Of a DNA stretch of 64,000 nt, positions 49,427-61,149 are shown in pieces (within the stretch, counting starts at the first letter, position 1; each line of letters opens with the position of its first letter). The notes beneath the pieces were generated by a model, which saw only the letters and a list, made by a program, of their open reading frames with translations, did not search any database and was not told the origin of the DNA. The stretch spans positions 2,544,041 to 2,608,040 of the forward strand of contig NW_003314263.1 in NCBI RefSeq assembly GCF_000143415.4, written 5' to 3'. The DNA comes from Selaginella moellendorffii (lineage: Eukaryota; Plantae; Lycopodiophyta). The position numbers were made by a program, and so were the translations under genes.

Positions 49427-51950
49427 GAGGACTTTCACACTTATGCATGAAACCATATTACACTAATCAGATGACTTACTAAGTGAGATTGGCGAATCAA
49501 GGGAATAAAAACGTTAGTTGAAGGTGTTGACTTAAAAGGGGTGGCCCATGGGGCCAAATATGGAGGAGTCCATGCATGATCACAGACTTGTCAAGTAAAA
49601 GGACTTAGTAATTCAAAGGAATTAAATTCTTAAGCTATGATCTATAGTGCACTTTGGGTATAAGTTAATACACTGGCATAAGGAGTTACACTAATCATCT
49701 TTGGTAATGCCATCCATAGATGCATATACGGAGATTGGGTTCGAGTCTCAACCCTTTAATGCTTGGATTCGAGTCCCAATTCACTAGGGTGTGGTGATGG
49801 TTTAGAAAATGAAGACAATCATTTTTAGTGGTTATGGGCTTTTAGTATGAAGGCTAGCTTAGGCACGCTATTAAACAAAAGATGCTTTGGAGTCGTGATG
49901 CATAATTAGATTGCTTAATGTGAAAGTTCAGCATATCTAAATTAAACACTTTGGTGCAAGTGGCACAAAGGACGTGGTGAATGAGATAGGAACACTCAGT
50001 TTTAGTTCCTATGGATCCTTAGCCGGAAGGGCTAGCTTGAGCACATACCAAGTGTGGGGGATGCTCATGAGGTCATGGTCAACAATTTAAGGGTTTGAAA
50101 GACTTGGTACCTATTGAGAAACTTGTTAAGGTGTTAAAGTGAGATCACCAGGTGAAACAAGGATAAGATCCTTATGAGGTCAAGGAATAAAGTTTGTAGT
50201 TCAAAGTGTTAATTTGAATTATTGGTAATGGTATGATTTAGTCAAGGTTACCAAATAGAAAGGACACATAAAGGAAATGAATTATAACAATGAAATGGTA
50301 TTGTAAATCCAAGAAAATAATTTATGAGGAAAGACCCATAGGTGGGTCACAAGGTTGGGCTGTAGATAAGGCCTATAGCAGAAAATGCTAAAGAGACTTA
50401 CTAGGGGTGAACACTTTCTGGACTTGGTAAAGTAGAGCATTTACTATAGAATTGAAAAAATACCTCAAGGATTGAGGTAATGATTTTATATTGCATGATG
50501 CAATAATTAAAGGATGAAAACAAAGGACTAAGGGCCAAGAATGGGCATTGGAAACTACTGAAAAATGATAAATTAAGGGAGGAACCACTATATGGTGGAT
50601 ACTAATAGATTGTTTCCAACAAAAAGAAAGTTTCCAAGGATGGCATTCTCAAATGCTTCAATTTAGTGAAGGTGAAAACTCCTAAAGAGGGAGTGGCAAG
50701 GTAGCCAAATGATAGTGAAGACAACTCTAGCACAAATTATAAATAAATGAAACTTAGTGCCTAGAGTGGCACAAAATAGAAGAAAGGATGAAGGTGCCCT
50801 CAATTAAAGAACTTTCTAGGAGGGAAAAGTGGAGTTTGTATAATATGTGCAATGCAAAGTGCCAAAGACACCAAAGAAATTGACTCAAAAAATTAATATC
50901 ATAATTCCAAAGTGTGATGGTTATGTTGATAGAGGTTGAGACTACTCCAGAATGAGTAGTAAAATTGAGATAGAGAAAGTGTCTTTAATGGGTTTAATGA
51001 AAACTAAACAAATAAAAGGAACTTGTGATCTAATGAAACTCTAAATTAGAGAGACTATGTTCCTTAGAAGATGGGAAAGGCATGGTAAACCTTTGGTGTG
51101 AAACCATTAACAAGTATTGGTTTGATACTAAGAAAAATGGTAATCCATGATAAGGTTACTTTATGAAATGGTTTATCATTTGATGAGGACATCGAACTTC
51201 GTTTATAGGTGGTGGGATTGTGAGACATAAATCCTTAAGCCCCAAAGTGGAGCAAAAAACGTGCCACATGGTAATGGTCCAAGTAAAAGTCTAATAAGTG
51301 TAATACATTTGGACCAATATACCATTCCTTAGTCACATTGGCCTTTCTTAGCCAAATTCGCTCCACTAGAGTCCTCCCCCTTACTATACTTTTGGAGCTC
51401 ACCAAACCCCCCAAGGTCTGGGAGATGAACGCTTTGGGCTTTTACCCTCGGACTTGGACTTGGACTTGGACTTGGAGTCAAACTTAGACTTGGACTCGGA
51501 TTTAGACTCAAACTTAAACTCAGTCTCGAACTCGGTTTCAGCCTCAATCTCAGCCTCAGTCTCGATCTTGGTCTTGATCTTAGTTTTGACCTCAGACTCC
51601 ATTTCAAGTCTATCTCGAACTCTATCTCAGGTCCATCTCATACTCCATCTCAGGTCCATTTTAGACCCCATCTCAGGTCTATCTCGGACTCCATCTTAGA
51701 CTCCTTCTTGGACTCCTCAAACTCCATTTCAAACTCCTTCTCGGACTCATTCTCGAAGTCCATTTTGAGCTCCTTCTCAGACTCCATCTTGGACTTGTTC
51801 CTGACACTTCCCTGTGTCATGACAATTGCCATATGTCAATTCTTCTTGTGTCCCTTTTTAGAAACTTATTCATAGATTGCTTCGTGCTCATTTCTTGAGC
51901 ACTTTCTTCAAGTTCCACTCCTGCTCTTGACTTTCCAAATCAGATTTTTT
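49427..51950 (+). mobile_element. Truncated, internally inverted family B fragment inserted in C
   Basis: 49427-51218 matches the B interior from about 41630. PPT then LTR start TGTGAGAC at 51219. 51330-51945 is the next LTR part in reverse orientation. Flanked by GATCTTT on both sides. Confidence 0.85.
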
Positions 51951-53504
51951 GATCTTTTCCTTGAAAAATGATTTAATTATGGATTATGCTAACTTTATGA
52001 GAGGAAAAGCTAGTGATTGATATTAAAATGATTAAATTTTTGTTAGGTTTGAGTGGAGAATATATCAATTGAATCCATTTATGCATAATAAAATGTAACT
52101 TACTTCATAAAAAATATAAAAGAAATCATTAATGTGGAGGATTGTTTGGTGATCACTTATTAAACATAGTTTTATTGTGCTTAGCTTTTGGATTGCTATA
52201 GACATACTCTTTATTAACTTTGGCATTATGAATTTTAACTTATGGATATATTGAGAAGGATATTATGGGTTGTAATGACTTCTTCAATAGTATTGAAGTT
52301 AGTTCAGGAAAAACTCATGATCATTGTTAGATGAGACTTGGCTATAAGCTTTTTTGAACTTTTAGTTTTTTAAGTTAGTATTTGTATTTGGCAATAATTG
52401 GTGATGATTGACTGTTATCTACAATAGTTGATTATCCTTGTCAAAAGTTTTGATTGATTATTGTTGATATAGATACTTTGCTATTTTTCAGAATGGTAAA
52501 TTCTTTCTTCAACGATAATTATACATCTTTTTATTAGTGGGATGATTGATATCTTTTATGATAGTTAGTTATTTTCTTTGATGGATTTTGGCTTTTTACA
52601 TTACTATGTATTTTTTGTGGTTTGTTTTAGATTGGTCTCTTAAGTTTGAGATATCAATAGAATGTTGTTAATGCTTGCTTAAAAAACTTGAGTTCCTTAG
52701 TATAGTTGACTAAAATTTATTCAAATTGACTAGTGTAATAGTTGGCATGAATGAGTACTTGTTTGCTTTGCAACATTCATTTTGTTCTATTGATTGTTTC
52801 TATAATTAGTTTTGATAAATTGGATATTATTTCCTTTGGGTGATACATTCACAAGCATTTTGTTTTTTATCAATGATATTTTATGGTCTTTTAATTATTT
52901 TTCATTATTGTTTTGGCATATTATCTACAATCTTTGACAGTTATATTTTACCATTGAATGTTCTTAATAATACACTTGCTATTGAATTTTGTTAGATGGT
53001 GAATTTTATGTTTTCCAATTATGATGATCTTGGTGGTTCCTATACTCTACTACTTGTTTTATCAGATGATAACTACATTAAAATACTTTTGTGTTCTAAT
53101 CTAATCTAAGGTTTATTCACTAATAATTTAGTCTCTAAAATATCATTATCTCTAACTTTGATATTATCCATCTCTTGATCTTTTCATTTAGGCTAGTATA
53201 AGTAAACTGGCTTTAGCACTTAGTGTGTATGGTGAAATCTTTAATTATGGGGTAACTACTATCAATTGGTCACATCACCTACCTCTTTCTCAATGTTCTT
53301 TATTTTGTTAAAAGGGTGTGACTGAACAACTCTGCTTGCCTATTTATAGTAGTTTATTTAAATTTTATAGATAGGTTTGGTTTCTTTGCTCAAAAAGGTT
53401 GGGGCCTATAACTTCTCTTTTTATATCACTTGCAGGTAGGGGTTATATCATCTTTTGTAAGTTGAGTGACATCTAAAGCAATAGAGGTGGCTAATTTTAT
53501 TGAT

Positions 53505-53782
53505 CATTTCTTTGTTAATGACAACCAAAAGGTGTTTAAGTTGTAGTGCATTTGCATTAGACAAAAAGGTTGCCTTCTAACTCATTAAGTTGGTGTATTT
53601 TATATAAAATATAAACACTATAAAAGTTTTTTGAAATTGTTTTCTTGGTGGTGATCTAGATTATTATAGTGTTTATATTTTATATAAAATACACCAACTT
53701 AATGAGTTAGAAGGCAACTTTTTTGTCTAATGCAAACGCACTACAACTTAAACACCTTTTGGTTGTCATTAACAAAGAAATG
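53505..53782. repeat. 119-bp near-perfect inverted repeat with 40-nt loop
   Basis: Arms 53505-53623 and 53664-53782, two mismatches by eye. Confidence 0.95.
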
Positions 53783-55143
53783 TGATGTCAATCTTCCTTA
53801 AGGGGAGAAAAGTGTCACAAATATGATTGCAAGTATCGAAAATGATTTGTTGGCAAATTCTTTTGGATATTCTTTCCTTACTGCTACGATAGTAGGGGGT
53901 TAGTTATTGCTAAATTCTTTTTCAATTTTTGTTTAAGTTAGTTGAGAAATTGGTCATCACATATGCACTTAACAATTGTGGGGGGTTCTAAATGTATAAT
54001 AAGGATAATGGGTAGGTCAAGTATGGCTGATTAACATAAAGTATAGTTTAGCTTCCGTTTGTGTGTCTGTCCTTGTTCTGTGTTTGACTTGGGTCTAAGC
54101 CTAAGTTCCATACCATGCTAACTGGTGAAGTATCCATATCTTTGCATTAGGCCATCGATATGTTAAAATAGCACCAAACTCTGTTTAGCTCAGTTTTGTA
54201 TGTTAGTCCTAGCATTGGGATGTTAAATGTTCTAGGATTGTTCCAATGGCACTCCGTGCTTCTATCCTTTCATTCTTTGGGCTAAATATTCAAGAGTTGC
54301 TCCGTGTTTCTACCCCTTCGTTCTTTGGGTTGAATGCTCAAGAGTTGCTTCATGCTTCTATCCCTTCACTCTTTGGGCTAAACGCCAAAAAGTCACTTTG
54401 TCCTTTAGTTCCTTTGTTCTTTAGTTGCAAACTTAAGAGTTTGACTCTATACCTTTATTTAGTGGCCCAATGTCTTGAAATTTGGGTTTCACTCCACTAT
54501 TCTTGGACATGTGGCATGTGGCATATAACATGTTGTACATGGAAAGTTTAAGTTCCACTTCATAGTTATCCTATGGTAAATTACTATAGGATAAAAGGCA
54601 CGTGCATTACAACAAGAGCAAATGGTCTAAATTGAAACTAATATGATGGTTATTAAAATCCCATTATACTAATATTAGTGTATGATTATTAATANNNNNN
54701 NNNNNNNNNNNNNNNNNNNNNNNNNNNNNNNNNNNNNNNNNNNNNNNNNNNNNNNNNNNNNNNNNNNNNNNNNNNNNNNNNNNNNNNNNNNNNNNNNNNN
54801 NNNNNNNNNNNNNNNNNNNNNNNNNNNNNNNNNNNNNNNNNNNNNNNNNNNNNNNNNNNNNNNNNNNNNNNNNNNNNNNNNNNNNNNNNNNNNNNNNNNN
54901 NNNNNNNNNNNNNNNNNNNNNNNNNNNNNNNNNNNNNNNNNNNNNNNNNNNNNNNCTTCATTTAAGATTAAAATGAGGTTATAAATAAAGAAAGTATAGT
55001 TGATAAAGTTTTTTATTTAAGTTATCAATTAATGGCACCTTTAAAACTATTGAGAAGACTAGACTATAAGTACACCATAATAATCTAAGTGATGATGTAT
55101 AATTTATTATATTCTACACACATAATTTGTAAATATATAATTA

Positions 55144-55631
55144 CTATTCATAGTCACATATACCTATTTCGTAAGTATTTAAATCCTCAATCCATTTTCC
55201 TACATCAAAATAAGCTAATTCAGTTGATAAATTTGATATACGAATCCACTCAACAAACCATCCAGGAGAGTCCCCCATTCCATCTTGTACTAGCACTATT
55301 TTACAAATTTTATCATTTTTTAAAAGACATACATCTTCCACAATAAATTCATCAATATTGCAACGTTCAAAGTCATTATGATTTGTATTATCTAAATCAT
55401 TATAATTAAATTTCATTTTAGATAATGTATAAATTGTAATATCTATATCTGCATCAGTACCAGCAAATAATTTACACCCAGTTTTAATTGAGATTTTATA
55501 ATGACACTAAATATAATAACACTAAATAAGTTATTTATTTTTAATAAATTTTTAGATAAACTTACCTTTTGTTGAGAAGACTTTTCTACAAAAAATAATA
55601 GATATAAATTTATAAAAATAATATAAAACAT
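55144..55631 (-). CDS. Secreted PLAT/LH2-domain protein, 142 aa; exons 55631-55566 and 55506-55144
   Basis: Phase-0 59-nt GTAAG...TTAG intron. Spliced product MFYIIFINLYLLFFVEKSSQQK-CHYKISIKTGCKLFAGTDADI...DFERCNIDEF...ICKIVLVQDGMGDSPGWFVEWIRI...FDVGKW matches the PLAT consensus (Y.I.IKTG....AGTD, FER...D.F, DG.G...GW). No internal stop. Confidence 0.85.
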
Positions 55632-56699
55632 TTTGAAAACTAAAGGTGTAGCTATTAGTTTATGTTTTCCTTCTTCAATATTACTTAATTTATAATGAAA
55701 TTATTAAAGTTCTTATATTATATTAATTTTCTTTATTTTTATTTTATTATTGAAGACAAAATAGATGTTGTATATAGCTAGGAATAGTAAAAACTTTTGA
55801 AAATGTTTATTTTAAGAAGCAGAAAAATAGATTGCTACATGTTGCATATAGTAGCACTTCGTTTTCTTAATAGTAGTTTTATTATTATTTATTAATCCAA
55901 TGGATCAAATAAAGTTTATAATTATAAGCATGTTTGTAGTTTATAAACACAAGATTAATCTTATTGCATATCAGCCATTAGATGATAGAATAAAAATAAT
56001 ATACTAGAAATAGTTTAATAAAGTTTATAAATTATAAACATGTTTATAATTTATAAATACAAGATTAATCTAAATGAATATAGATGATAAAATATCCTAG
56101 AATATCCAAGCATATTCTGGTTATATCCACTGCCATCCCAGTCCCCCTATAGTAAGAAAACCAAAAATAAACTTTATAAAAGTAAAGTTAATTTTTTAGA
56201 AACATATTTTTTATTTCTGAATTAAGTTACTACTATTAAATTTATTATATTATACATAAGGAGGCATTAGCAAAAAATGACTCCTTTAACTANNNNNNNN
56301 NNNNNNNNNNNNNNNNNNNNNNNNNNNNNNNNNNNNNNNNNNNNNNNNNNNNNNNNNNNNNNNNNNNNNNNNNNNNNNNNNNNNNNNNNNNNNNNNNNNN
56401 NNNNNNNNNNNNNNNNNNNNNNNNNNNNNNNNNNNNNNNNNNNNNNNNNNNNNNNNNNNNNNNNNNNNNNNNNNNNNNNNNNNNNNNNNNNNNNNNNNNN
56501 NNNNNNNNNNNNNNNNNNNNNNNNNNNNNNNNNNNNNNNNNNNNNNNNNNNNNNNNNNNNNNNNNNNNNNNNNNNNNNNNNNNNNNNNNNNNNNNNNNNN
56601 NNNNNNNNNNNNNNNNNNNNNNNNNNNNNNNNNNNNNNNNNNNNNNNNNNNNNNNNNNNTAAGATTGCTAGGAAAAGTCATTAATTGTTTGGAGGAAAG

Positions 56700-58100
56700 G
56701 TTTCTAGAGTATGGAGGTATGATGGAAGCTACTTAACACCACTCTTTATCTTGATAAATTAGAGGATGTAGTAGTTGTTGTGAAGTCTTAGGCTTCCATC
56801 CTAGTTGAGCAGTTCAAAGAGCTACTTACTAATATGGACAGTTTTAAATATCAAGCATTGAACTTTGGAGTAAAGACTTTGGATGAAAAACCATGAATGA
56901 CTTTTGGAATTATTATCAAATAAGGAAGTTTTAATTACTTATATTTTTTCTAGAATCTAAAATGATGAATGCTTTTATTCTCTCAGATTCTACCTTGAGT
57001 AGTATAGTGAGTTCTTGAAAGTGTGGGCTGCCATAATGGTAATTCTTATAAGTATAATAGAATGCAAGTGGGGTTTTAAGAGGTAAAATAATATAACAAC
57101 AATGAACAAGTGAATTTGAAGTTGAGAACTTTAGATATGCTCATGTTCTTTTAGCTTGTCACTTTTAGCTCTCTCTACTAAAGAAGACCAATGGCAACTT
57201 AATCAAACATAATGTATATTAGGTGATTTATATCTCTTACATTGAAAAAGTAAAAGTTTTTTATAAACTTTACATTGAGGTTAATGTTGATGCAAAGTTC
57301 AAATTTGAAAAGTTGGAGCTATATAAACAATTTTTTTGAATATAAAAAAAATTAAAAAGACTTTGAGATATAGTATATCGGATTTATCATAATAAAGTGA
57401 CATTAGTAAAAATAAATAAAAATAACCAAGAAAACAAAGTGTTGCTACAATAATAAATTATGTTTACTTTTAAAAGCAGAATGAATCACTGTGATCAAGT
57501 GCTATACACACTCCTTAAATTATGTGACTAAACTAGATTGTGCTCCTTGCATGGCATTTCAACCATCTGTGGCAATACCAATCAACTTCTCAAGAGAAAG
57601 ACTTATATCATTTATCCAAGTAAACACTACATCTAGGTTTGCCAATTTTTGTTGATACTAGCTTGAAGTAGTTAATTCTTATCTCTCTACCGCTTGAAAA
57701 AAATTTAACATAGAAAATCAAATGATGTTTCAAGCTATTATCAATAGACTTGTTTGCTTGAAACTAGTTCAACTCAACTTCTCGTAGTAATCTTTGTGAG
57801 TAGCTTGAAGGAATCCTTTACCAGCCTTTACATTAGTGTAACTCAAATAACCATTGACACATGAAAATCAATCTTAATAATTGCTATCACCCTTTTCTAT
57901 TCTTTAGCATTAATTACCTGTAAGTGTTTGAGCATGCTTTGTGGGCTTCAAGCTCTCAACAACTACTTGCAAGTGATCTTCAGAATCCACATGAATCCTC
58001 AAAGCTAGCGTTTAAAGAGTTTTACAGCCCTCTTTTGTAAACACATTATCCATTTTAGCATCAATGCAATATCTATATTTCATCATTTCGTTTCTAACCA
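56700..58100 (-). mobile_element. Decayed hAT-superfamily (ZNF862-like) transposase relic
   Basis: Minus-strand remnants GCKTL*TLALRIHVDSEDH (about 57972-58029), KSIDNSLKHHLIFYV (about 57707-57751) and LEKLIGIATDG*NAM (about 57550-57594). No TIRs identified; boundaries approximate. Confidence 0.6.
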
Positions 58101-59378
58101 AAGAAAGAAAATTAACTAATGTGAGATCTCTCGGTGGTGCCAAGAGTAGCTGACTCTGTTCATGTCTTTTTGCTCAGAAGTACTGGGTGTGGTCTCTTTG
58201 AATGTATAGATTGCTTCACTGGCTTTGAGGGTTGTGCATCTTGTTTTCACTTTCTAATGCTCATTGAATCTCCTCTTTGTTTTTTTTTTTGAGGGGGACT
58301 GACTGATTCTCCACACACAACTGTTGTTGTCCCTCTCCTTCTTGATTCCTGTGCTCACTACCTATAGAATGAGAGCTAGTTGTAATAGTAAAAAACCTGG
58401 ATAAATGTGATTACTTTGTGTCCTTTTTAGGCCTTCCTATTGTTTACAATGTCTTCTATTGCTCTCACACTTACCCTTTTGCCCTTTTATCTTTTTATGA
58501 CATAATAAAAATCTTTTTAACCCCTGCCCTTCTTCATTGCACTTCAAGGGTGGAGGGTAAATTTTTTTTCCTGCCTTTCTTTTGGAACGTAACCTTTTAG
58601 TGTATTGTTTTGCAAGTAAAAAATGCATGAGCAGGGTGCCGCAGCCTTCAAAGTTGGAGCTTAGATTTACAAATTAAGAAGCTTGCTAAGAATCTTGAAA
58701 GAATATGGTTTATTGATAATTTTGATCAGAAAAATTTAATATAGAGATAAACTGTTAAAGCTTGATAAGTTGGATAATTGACAGAACATGGGATAGCGAG
58801 TCCTTCCTTCAAAGACACTTTATTGTTTTCGAGGATACGGCACTTTTATATTACAAGAACGAAACATGGAGTCTTCATCTAAATCAGCAGGCTTTGATTT
58901 TCAAGTTTCTCTTTCTTTGCTAGCTCCTTAACTCAGAAGCCAAAATGAGTTCAAGGTTAGAGCTTCGCAAGGGACCTCACTTCTTCTGGCGGCGATGAAA
59001 CTTCCAGTACCTGTGACCTTCGACTGGGAGTCCGACACTCCCTCATCCAAGGAACAGTGGTGGCTCATTCGCAAATAACTGGCGAGGAAAATCAACACCA
59101 AAGCTGTGAAAAACATGGAGGATGTTATTAAGTACCCGCTAATGACGAGGCGAGATTTCTCTTATCCGTTTTCTCGTGGCCGAGTTGTTCGCCGCTGAAT
59201 CTAACATGACTTAGATTTTTAAATAGGACGTTTAAAATAAAAGGCCTGGAACCTTTGTTTAATGCTCGTCAGATCTGAAGAAGCTGATGAACGAGATATA
59301 ATGATATACTAAGTGGAAGAAGTTTTGTGTTGCAAAAGAAAAGTTTTGCTTGGCGAAAGAAAAGTAATTTTAGGGTTT

Positions 59379-60820
59379 ATGGCTGGGAGAACATTGGGGC
59401 GACGCTGGTGTTCTTCCGCCGCTCGAGGTGAGCGCGTTGCGAGCTCTTCTTCTCTAACCAAGCTCTCCAAATCTATGCGTAGCGGCGGGCATTGCTCCGC
59501 CGATTCAGGTGAAGCTCACTGAGACTGCGGGCAGGGGTGTGTTTGCCAGTCGCAAGATCGGCGCTGGGGATGTTATTCTCACGGAATTTCCAGTGATTTC
59601 GCAACCCTCGCCCACAAACATGGGAAAGGTTCTTGCGGTGCTTTTTTTCTTCTTGTTGTGAAAGCTGTTTTTTCTTCCAGGTTTGCTGGTGGTGCCTTAA
59701 ACGTTTTAGCTTGATCACAAAACCATTTCTCCAACTCGAGAGCTCCTGGATGGCCTACTGCAGTCAAGAATGCACTGATCTTGCCAAGGTTTTTCAATTT
59801 TCTTCTCTTTTAAGTTTTTTTCTCATATCTTGTGTCCCTGTACTTGTTTTGATGTTTCTCTTCCAGGGGTGTATGGATCTGGAGAACAATCGTCACTGGA
59901 AAGAGTTTCACGATTACTGTAGGTATCCAAATTGCTCGCTTCTGTTCTTCTCTTTTCTGGCTAAAGTTTTTTTTGTGTGTGTGTGTGTGTGTGCTTGATG
60001 CCAGGGAAAGTAACTTGAGGTTTCCACTCTTGGTGAAGCGATTGGCATGCATGGTAGCCACAAACATGGCCTCTTTTGATGTTCTCGACATTCTCTATCC
60101 GCCAAGTCCTCCTGGATTTCTCCAAAGAGTAAGTTCCTACGTAAATTACGATCTTATGGTTGTAAGCGTGGTTTTTTCGTTGCAGTGGCTCGAGGAGCGC
60201 AAGCTTTTGACAGAAACTCTAACTCGTTGCGGTATAGACTCGGCTTCAACGAAGTGTATCCTTTTTCTTCGTTTCTTTCCAAGCAAAAGAGTTCGTTTTT
60301 CTTTCGACAGGCTCGAAGTTTTGAGCGATTCTTGGTACGCCGGCGCGCTCTCCAGAATACACCTCAACACATTCCGAGTGGAGACTATCGCCACGGAGAT
60401 CACAAACCTTGAAGCAGCGCTTGTCGACTCCATCACAGGCGACGATGTTGTTGGCTCCGCCGTCTACATTCTTCCCTCCATGTTCAACCATAGCTGCGGT
60501 AAATCCTTTCATTCGTTTGCTCATCTTTGCTCGACTTTATCACTTACATATTTGTTTTCCTTTGGATCATTAGATGCTAACGTGAACATTTACTGGCGAG
60601 AAAATGCGTTTGCACAACTGAAAGCTTTACAACCGATCGAACCAGGTAGAGCTCAAAGTAAATGCTGGTGCCTAATCCTTTTTTTTTTACTTTTTCACCA
60701 GGCAAGGAGCTGTGTATAACTTACATTGATGCAAGCATGGGGTGTGAAGCTCGCAGAGCACTTCTTCAGGACGCCTATGGTTTCCACTGTAAGTGCCCTC
60801 GTTGCTTGGACAACGATTAA
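59379..60820 (+). CDS. ATXR4: SET-domain (SMYD-type) lysine methyltransferase, ATXR4-like, multi-exon
   Basis: PPIQVKLTETAGRGVFASRKI, VCWWCL, FPLLVKRLACMV, AVYILPSMFNHSC, ELCITYID and post-SET YGFHCKCPRC. The Arg/Ser-rich N-terminus resembles a transit peptide. Confidence 0.88.
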
Positions 60821-61149
60821 GCTTCGACAACAATTAAAAACTTAAAGCTCTTCTAGATTCGAGAATTCACGATTAAAAGCTTAAAGCTCTCGTGAGTTTT
60901 CTGGATTCGATGACAATGAGCAACGAGCTACTACTACGAACTGGTAAAACCATCTTAAAAGTTTGAGCTTTTATTGATCAAAGGTCCTTTCTCCTTTTTC
61001 TTTCCAGCCACTTCTCTTGCGCAATCACAGCGTCTCTTACTGCCACAGTCTTCATCGTCTTCCTGCCAAACATTCCCACAAATCCTGAGAAGAGCTTTCA
61101 ACCTCGAATGCTAAGTTCCATGCTAAAGTCCCGGCCATGGCACTAGATA

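Larger units (their letters stand above)
29271..54611 (+). mobile_element. Old non-coding LTR element C (same family as A), host of nested insertions
   Basis: 5' LTR split into 29271-30269 and about 45007-45059. Degenerate PBS TAGTATCAGAG at 45062. Interior collinear with A. PPT AAGGGGAGAAAAG, then 3' LTR 53813-54611 with an internal deletion. Flanks TTGAG and ACAAG do not form a TSD. Confidence 0.8.

Noticed and set aside
29266-54616. TSD for element C
   Set aside because: Flanks TTGAG and ACAAG do not match, so the two LTRs are not proven to come from one insertion.
54682-56684. ORFs made of X residues
   Set aside because: Artefacts of N gaps.
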